This document shows, one piece after another, positions 60,804 through 64,000 of a DNA stretch of 64,000 nt. How positions within the stretch are numbered: the stretch's first letter is position 1; every line of letters starts with the position of its first letter. Source of the DNA: Vampirovibrionales bacterium. GTDB taxonomy: Bacteria; Cyanobacteriota; Vampirovibrionia; Vampirovibrionales; Vampirovibrionaceae. Under the pieces are notes generated by a model that was not told the DNA's origin, did not search any database, and worked only from the letters and a program-made list of their open reading frames with translations. Location of the stretch: contig JARXAD010000006.1 in the NCBI GenBank assembly GCA_029866025.1, forward strand, positions 18,907 to 82,906, written 5' to 3'. Position numbers and translations under genes: made by a program.

Positions 60804-62162
60804 ATGCCAACCTCTACCCTTGAAGCCCCTGCCATCACGGCGTCTCCTGTCTACACCGAGCTACTCAAACGCTTGGAAGCTCGCACCGCAACCATTGCCG
60901 TGGTAGGCATGGGCTATGTGGGCTTACCCCTAGCGGTTTGCGTTGCCAAAGCAGGCTTTAAGGCCATTGGCTTTGACATTGGCGAACAACGCGTGGCTCA
61001 ACTAAACAAGGGCGAAAGCTACATTACGGACGTCACCACCGAAGAATTGGCTCCCTTGGTAGCCAATGGCAGTGTGGCCGCCACCACCGATATGAGCCGC
61101 CTGGCAGAAGCCGACGTGGTAGTGATTTGCGTCCCCACCCCCTTAACCCCCAACCAAACGCCGGATATTACCTACATTGAGGCCACCGGCAGAACCATTG
61201 CCCAATACCTTCGCCCCGGCCAGTTGGTAACGCTGGAAAGCACCACCTACCCCGGCACCACCGAAGAAGTGTTACAACCCCTGCTGGAAACCAGCGGCCT
61301 GACCTTGGGCATTGACTTTTTCTTGGCCTATTCCCCAGAGCGTGTGGACCCCGGCAACGAACGCTACACCACCCACAACACCAACAAGGTATTAGGCGGT
61401 GTCACGCCTGCGTGTTTGCAAGCCGCCAAAACCTTTTACCAGTCCATTATTCAAAACATTGTTGCGGTAAGCAGCCCCGGCTGTGCCGAAATGGTGAAAG
61501 TGTTTGAGAACACCTTTCGTGCGGTGAATATTGCTCTCGTTAACGAGCTGGCCCTGCTGTGCGACCCCATGAACCTGAACATTTGGGAAGTGGTGGAAGC
61601 CGCCGGTACCAAACCCTTTGGCATGATGACTTTTTACCCCGGCCCCGGTGTGGGCGGCCATTGCATCCCCATTGATCCCTTTTACTTGGCGTGGAAAGCC
61701 CGTGAGTATAAATTCCAGACCCGCTTTATTGAGCTGGCAGGGGAAATTAACGCCGGTATGCCTCGCTTTGTGCGTGAAAAGGTCATTCGCGCCCTTGGCA
61801 AACAGCGTAAGTCGGTAGCCGGTAGCACCATACTGCTGCTGGGCATGGCGTATAAAAAAGATCTCGGCGACTGGCGGGATTCGCCCGCCGTGGATGTATT
61901 TGAGATTTTGCAAGGCGATGATGCCAACGTGATTTACCACGATCCCTACGTGCCCACCATGACGGATGGCAACGGCCAAAGTCACGCTTCGGTGGCGCTA
62001 ACCCCAGATACCTTGGCCACCGTGGATTGCGTCGTCATTGTGACGGATCACACCTGCGTGGATACCCAGTGGGTGGTGGAAAACAGTGCCTTGGTGGTGG
62101 ATACTCGCAACGCGACCAAAGCCATTACCGGTTCGCTGCGCGATAAAATCGTTCTGTTGTAA
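60804..62162 (+). CDS. wbpA: UDP-N-acetyl-D-glucosamine 6-dehydrogenase (WbpA-like)
   Basis: GMGYVGLP, CVPTP, ESTTYPGTT, SPERVDPG and GPGVGGHCIPIDP. Confidence 0.88.
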   Translation: MPTSTLEAPAITASPVYTELLKRLEARTATIAVVGMGYVGLPLAVCVAKAGFKAIGFDIGEQRVAQLNKGESYITDVTTEELAPLVANGSVAATTDMSRLAEADVVVICVPTPLTPNQTPDITYIEATGRTIAQYLRPGQLVTLESTTYPGTTEEVLQPLLETSGLTLGIDFFLAYSPERVDPGNERYTTHNTNKVLGGVTPACLQAAKTFYQSIIQNIVAVSSPGCAEMVKVFENTFRAVNIALVNELALLCDPMNLNIWEVVEAAGTKPFGMMTFYPGPGVGGHCIPIDPFYLAWKAREYKFQTRFIELAGEINAGMPRFVREKVIRALGKQRKSVAGSTILLLGMAYKKDLGDWRDSPAVDVFEILQGDDANVIYHDPYVPTMTDGNGQSHASVALTPDTLATVDCVVIVTDHTCVDTQWVVENSALVVDTRNATKAITGSLRDKIVLL

Positions 62163-62340
62163 GCACACCTTCTCTCCGTAAGGGCGTTCTCATGGGATTT
62201 TCTGTCTCACAAGCAACCTATTCCATCACCCCTCAGTTTGGTAAGCAGGGTTGGTGGCGACGATTTAAGTATAACTATTTCCCTTTTACAGGGGCACAAC
62301 GACCTGTACAAAATGCGGATTTAAAATTGGATACACTAGC

Positions 62341-63312
62341 ATGAACATTTTACTGATTGGCTGTGGTTACTGGGGTAAAAACTGGGCCAACACCCTCTTT
62401 GAGGCCGGTGAGCTGGCCGCCATTTGCGAAGCCAACACCTCCATTCACGCAGATCTGACAGCCGCCTACCCTGGCGTTACGCTGGTGAGCAGTTTGGACG
62501 AAGCACTGGCATTGACGGATATTGAAGCGGCTGTGGTGGCCACGCCCGTGTTTACCCATGCAGAAACGGCACGCCGTTGCCTACAAAACAACTGGCACGT
62601 GTTGGTGGAAAAACCCCTCACCGACGACCCTGTAACCGCTGCCGACTTGGTGGCCTTGGCTGCCGAACGTGGCAAAACCTTGGCCGTGGGTCACATTTGT
62701 TTGTTTTACCCAGGCTGGCAACGCCTCAAAGAACTCATGGCCGACGGCACGCTGGGCGACATCAAAAGCATTACCTGCACACGCGAAAAACTGGGCATTG
62801 TGCGCAACGAAGAAGACGTGTGGTGGAGCTTTGCCCCCCATGATATTTCGCTGATAGCCGACGTGTTTGACGGCCCGCTAACGGTGCAAAGCGTTGCCAG
62901 TACTTATGAACTGGGCCGCCCCGCCATTGCGGACCATGTGACCGCCGTACTCACCACAACTGCGGGCCAAACCGCCACCATTCGCGTTGGTTGGCTAACA
63001 CCCAACAAACGCTTTGAAACCGTGGTGGTGGGCAGCAAAGCCATTGCCTGTCTGGATCATGCAGGGCAGCCACAAACCCTAACAGTGCAAGCCATTACTG
63101 CCGATAGCAAAGGGGCTATACGCTACAATACCCCCGCCACGCGCGAAACCTTTGAGATGGCGTCGCCCTTGTCCATTCAACTCAACGCATTTTTAGGCGC
63201 CATTCGCAACGGAGCACCCCTGCCCAATACCGGTTTGAATGGGGCACAGGTGGTTTCTGTGTTAGCGGAGGTTGCTCAGGAACTCAACAAAAAAAATTTG
63301 GTGATTGTTTAA
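62341..63312 (+). CDS. Gfo/Idh/MocA oxidoreductase (WbpB/GnnA-like sugar-nucleotide 3-dehydrogenase)
   Basis: GCGYWGKN, HVLVEKP and WSFAPHDIS. Confidence 0.88.
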   Translation: MNILLIGCGYWGKNWANTLFEAGELAAICEANTSIHADLTAAYPGVTLVSSLDEALALTDIEAAVVATPVFTHAETARRCLQNNWHVLVEKPLTDDPVTAADLVALAAERGKTLAVGHICLFYPGWQRLKELMADGTLGDIKSITCTREKLGIVRNEEDVWWSFAPHDISLIADVFDGPLTVQSVASTYELGRPAIADHVTAVLTTTAGQTATIRVGWLTPNKRFETVVVGSKAIACLDHAGQPQTLTVQAITADSKGAIRYNTPATRETFEMASPLSIQLNAFLGAIRNGAPLPNTGLNGAQVVSVLAEVAQELNKKNLVIV

Positions 63313-63385
63313 GCCATTAAAAACCAACATTGCTCGACGGATATCGCTTGCTCCTGTTTTATAAAGCCAGCTTGCTGGCAATTAA

Positions 63386-63414
63386 AAAGCCGAGCTCTGG
63401 TTTCGCTCGGCTTT
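63386..63414 (+). terminator. Hairpin terminator
   Basis: AAAGCCGAGC-N9-GCTCGGCTTT. Confidence 0.65.
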
Positions 63415-63675
63415 GAGTCGATAAATTAAATACTTCGGTAATTAATATTCGCCTATCATTACGGCGTTTAACACTCTCTCTTGACGAAAACAACACTCGT
63501 ATAAATTTAAATAAAGTTTTAATAGATAAGAATAAATAACGAATAATTTAGATAATTAAAACCCTAATGATTGCAAGGTTTGGCCAATCAGAAAAATAGT
63601 TTACTGAAATAAATAAAAACGAATAAAGTAACTTGAATAGCAAAATAATTAAATTAATTAAGGGGAGCTTGCTCC

Positions 63676-63852
63676 CTATTTTTTGAGGACGTCTTTGACG
63701 ATAGCCCAGGCGACATCGAGGGTTTGGGGCTGGATGTTGGCGACGCTCATGTCGTTAAACGAGTAGGAAGCGGGCACTTCCCAGTGGCTGCTGGTAGGCA
63801 CAGGGACGGCAACGTTGCAGAGGGTTTCTTGGCTGCGGGCTTGAATAAACAT
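63676..63852 (-). CDS. Unannotated 58-aa small protein (MFIQARSQETLCNVAVPVPTSSHWEVPASYSFNDMSVANIQPQTLDVAWAIVKDVLKK)
   Basis: AAGGA RBS; GC-rich codons amid AT-rich flanks; hairpin GGGAGC-AA-GCTCCC right at the stop. Confidence 0.65.
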   Translation of the reverse strand: MFIQARSQETLCNVAVPVPTSSHWEVPASYSFNDMSVANIQPQTLDVAWAIVKDVLKK

Positions 63853-64000
63853 GAGGGATGATTTCCTTATCTATAGGGGGGAGTGTGTCATGGGAAGTTA
63901 AAATTGTGGAAGTTGACTAAAATAAATAAGTGGTTAATAAAAAAAACGACGATTGTTAAACCTATCAAAACGGTGCCCTTGGGCACTTTATATAGATCGC

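Noticed and set aside
62233..62262. JUMPstart/ops-like element between wbpA and the oxidoreductase gene
   Set aside because: GGTTGGTGGCG is only a partial match to GGCGGTAG and lies mid-cluster rather than in a leader.

Overview
Bacterial chromosomal window. Gene content (cyanobacterial-type 6S RNA, a Rieske/cytochrome b/bd-like-oxidase operon, pilB-pilC, no photosynthesis genes) suggests a non-photosynthetic Cyanobacteriota relative (Vampirovibrionia/Melainabacteria); this assignment is inference. Housekeeping genes include rlmB, carB, a delta-9 desaturase, mtnBDC with an aminotransferase, selO, prmC, cysK, eda and wbpI/A/B-like genes. Accessory loci are an 8.6-kb cyclic beta-1,2-glucan synthase and a TpsB/TpsA two-partner secretion pair. 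The main structure is a ~14.3-kb integrase-less genomic island (17677-31952). It is bounded by a 31-bp duplication of the tRNA-Phe 3' end and has a second 19-bp repeat just inside both ends. It carries a Rieske-cytochrome b-cytochrome bd-like (heme c-fused) respiratory operon, a flavin-type PAS kinase/NarL pair, CBS and USP genes and a partly decayed c-di-GMP signalling cluster. Features missing from the ORF track include a 6S RNA with a (CTAC)15 tract in its promoter region, three unclassified structured RNA candidates, tandem MerR/LiuR-like operators before cysK, two small ORFs and two pseudogenes.
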